In this document: positions 62,173 to 64,000 of the stretch, one piece after another
Numbering within the stretch: position 1 is the stretch's first letter
How the letters are laid out: each line of letters begins with the position of its first letter
From: Squalus acanthias
Lineage: Eukaryota
Assembly (NCBI GenBank): GCA_030390025.1
Contig: CM059432.1
Coordinates: forward strand, 46,440,001 to 46,504,000
DNA length: 64,000 bases
Direction: 5' to 3'
Position numbers and translations under genes: made by a program
The notes under the pieces: generated by a model
Database searches by the model: none
What the model was told of the DNA's origin: nothing
The model's input: only the letters and a program-made list of their open reading frames with translations

Positions 62173-64000
62173 GGTACATAAGAACATAAGAAGTAAGAGC
62201 AGGAGTAGGCCATATGGCATCTCGAGCCTGCTCCGCCATTCAATAAGATCATGGCTGATCATCCACCTTAACTCCACTTTCCCGCCCGATCTCCATATCC
62301 CTTGATTCCCCTAGAGTCCAAAAATCTATCTATCTCAGCCTTGAATATACTCAAAGACTCAATATCTACAGCCCTCTGGGGCAGAGAATTCCAAAGATTC
62401 ACAACCCTCTGAGTGAAGAAATTCCTCCTCATCTCAGTCTTAAATGGCCTACCCCTTATCCTGAGACTATGCCCCCTAGTTCTAGACACTCCAGCCAGGG
62501 GAAACAACTTCTCAGCATCAAGTCTGTCAATCCCCCTCAGAATCTTGTATGTTTCAATGAGATCACACCTCATTCTTCTAAACTCCAGAGAGTATAGGCC
62601 CATTCTACACAATCTCTCTTCATAGGACAGCCCTCTCATCCCAGGAATCAATCTAGTGAACCTTTGTTGCACCACCTCCAAGGCAAGTATATCCTTCCTT
62701 AGATAAGGAGACCAAAACTGTGCACAGTACTCCAGGTGTGGTCTCACCAAGGCCCTGTACAATTGTAGCAAGACTTCCTTACTCTTACACTCCAACCCCC
62801 TTGCAATAAAGACCAACATGCCATTTGCCTTCCTTATTGCTTGCTTACCTGCATTCTAGCTTTCTGTGTTTCTTGCACGAGGACACCCAAATCTCTCTGA
62901 ACACCAACATTTGAAAGTTTCTCACCATTTAAAAAATATTCTGTTTTTTATTCTTCCTACCAAAGTGAATAATTCACATTTCCCTACATTATACTCCATC
63001 TGCCACCTTACTGCCCACTCACTTCGTCTATCTATATCCCTTTGCAGACTTTTTGTGTTCTCCTCACAGCTTACTGTCCCACCTAGTTGTGTATCATCAG
63101 CAAACTTGGATACATTATACTCGGTCCCTTCATCTAGGTCATTAATATAGATTGTAAATAGCTGAGGCCCCAACACTGATCCTTGCGGCACCCCACTAGT
63201 TACAGCCTGCCAACCTGAACAAGATCAGTTTATCCCTACTCTCTGTTTTCTGTCCGTTAACCAATCCTCCATCCATGCTACTATATTACCCCCAACCCCA
63301 TGAGCCCTAATCTTGTGTAATAATCTTTTATGTGGCTCCTTATCGAATGCCTTTTGGAAATCCAAATATATTACATCCACTGGTTCACCTTTATCTACCC
63401 TGCTAGTTACATCCTCAAAAAACTCTAATAAATTTGTCAAACATGATTTCCCTTTCATAAAACCATATTGCCTCTGCCTAATCATGTTATGATTTTCTAA
63501 GCGACTTGACACCACTTCATTAACAATGGATTCCAGCATTTTCCCGACGACTGATATCAGGCTAACTGGCCTGTAGTTCCCTGTTTCAGCTGGACGGAAC
63601 AGCTCCCTCTTTCCCCAGTACTGGTGCCAGTAGCCCATGAATTGAAACCCCTTTTTTCCACACCACTCTTTGAGCCACGCATTTAACTCTCTGATCTGCT
63701 TGACCCTATTCCAATTTGCACGTGGCTCAGGTAGCAATCCAGAGATTATTACTCTTGTGGTTCTGCTTATTAATTTAGACCCTAGCTCCTCAAACTCCCT
63801 CAGCAGAACCTCATTCTTAGTTCTACCTATGTCGTTGGTTCCTACATGGACCACGACAACTGGATCCTCCCCCTCCCACGCCAAGTTCTTCTCCAGCCAC
63901 GAGGAGATATCCTTAACCCTGGCAGCGGGCAGGCAATACTACCTTCGGGACTCCCTTTCGCGGCTGCAGAGAACAGTATCTATCCCCCTGACTATACTGT
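62173..64000 (-). mobile_element. CR1 LINE with ORF1 esterase joined directly to the RT by an internal deletion; runs off the window end
   Basis: VVVHVGTNDIG...WGKRELFR|PAETGNYRPVSL...FQKAFDK...PQGSVLGP...FADD...RPHLEYC; acataagaacataagaa tail. Confidence 0.92.

Noticed and set aside
53133..64000. Next MMP16 hemopexin exon (DQWFWR-type)
   Set aside because: No matching peptide with splice sites was seen; it presumably lies beyond the window. The preceding exon was likewise not found in 1-7105.

Overview
Vertebrate genomic DNA, very probably from a cartilaginous fish (inferred from the repeat repertoire). The window lies inside an MMP16 (MT3-MMP) gene on the + strand. Three coding exons are visible: catalytic-domain exon 7106-7409, HELGH zinc-binding exon 52516-52677 and hinge/hemopexin-start exon 52915-53132, with a ~45.1 kb phase-1 intron between the first two. 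The first exon lacks one base at ~7331-7335, which is either an assembly error or a real frameshift. The rest is a dense, nested transposon landscape: several decayed two-gene PIF/Harbinger elements (HARBI1-type transposase plus convergent spliced Myb/SANT gene), many Harbinger-type MITEs, two hAT-type MITEs, CR1, L2 and RTE LINEs, Penelope-like elements with hammerhead-ribozyme motifs, and old SINEs. The most unusual signals are MITE families carrying conserved promoter motifs, ready-made micro-exon cassettes and back-to-back splice donors, an in-frame Myb-Penelope chimera, a twin-primed RTE, and a 45-bp templated inversion. Repeat family names come from recognised peptide motifs and remembered consensus features, not from a database search, and many repeat boundaries are approximate.
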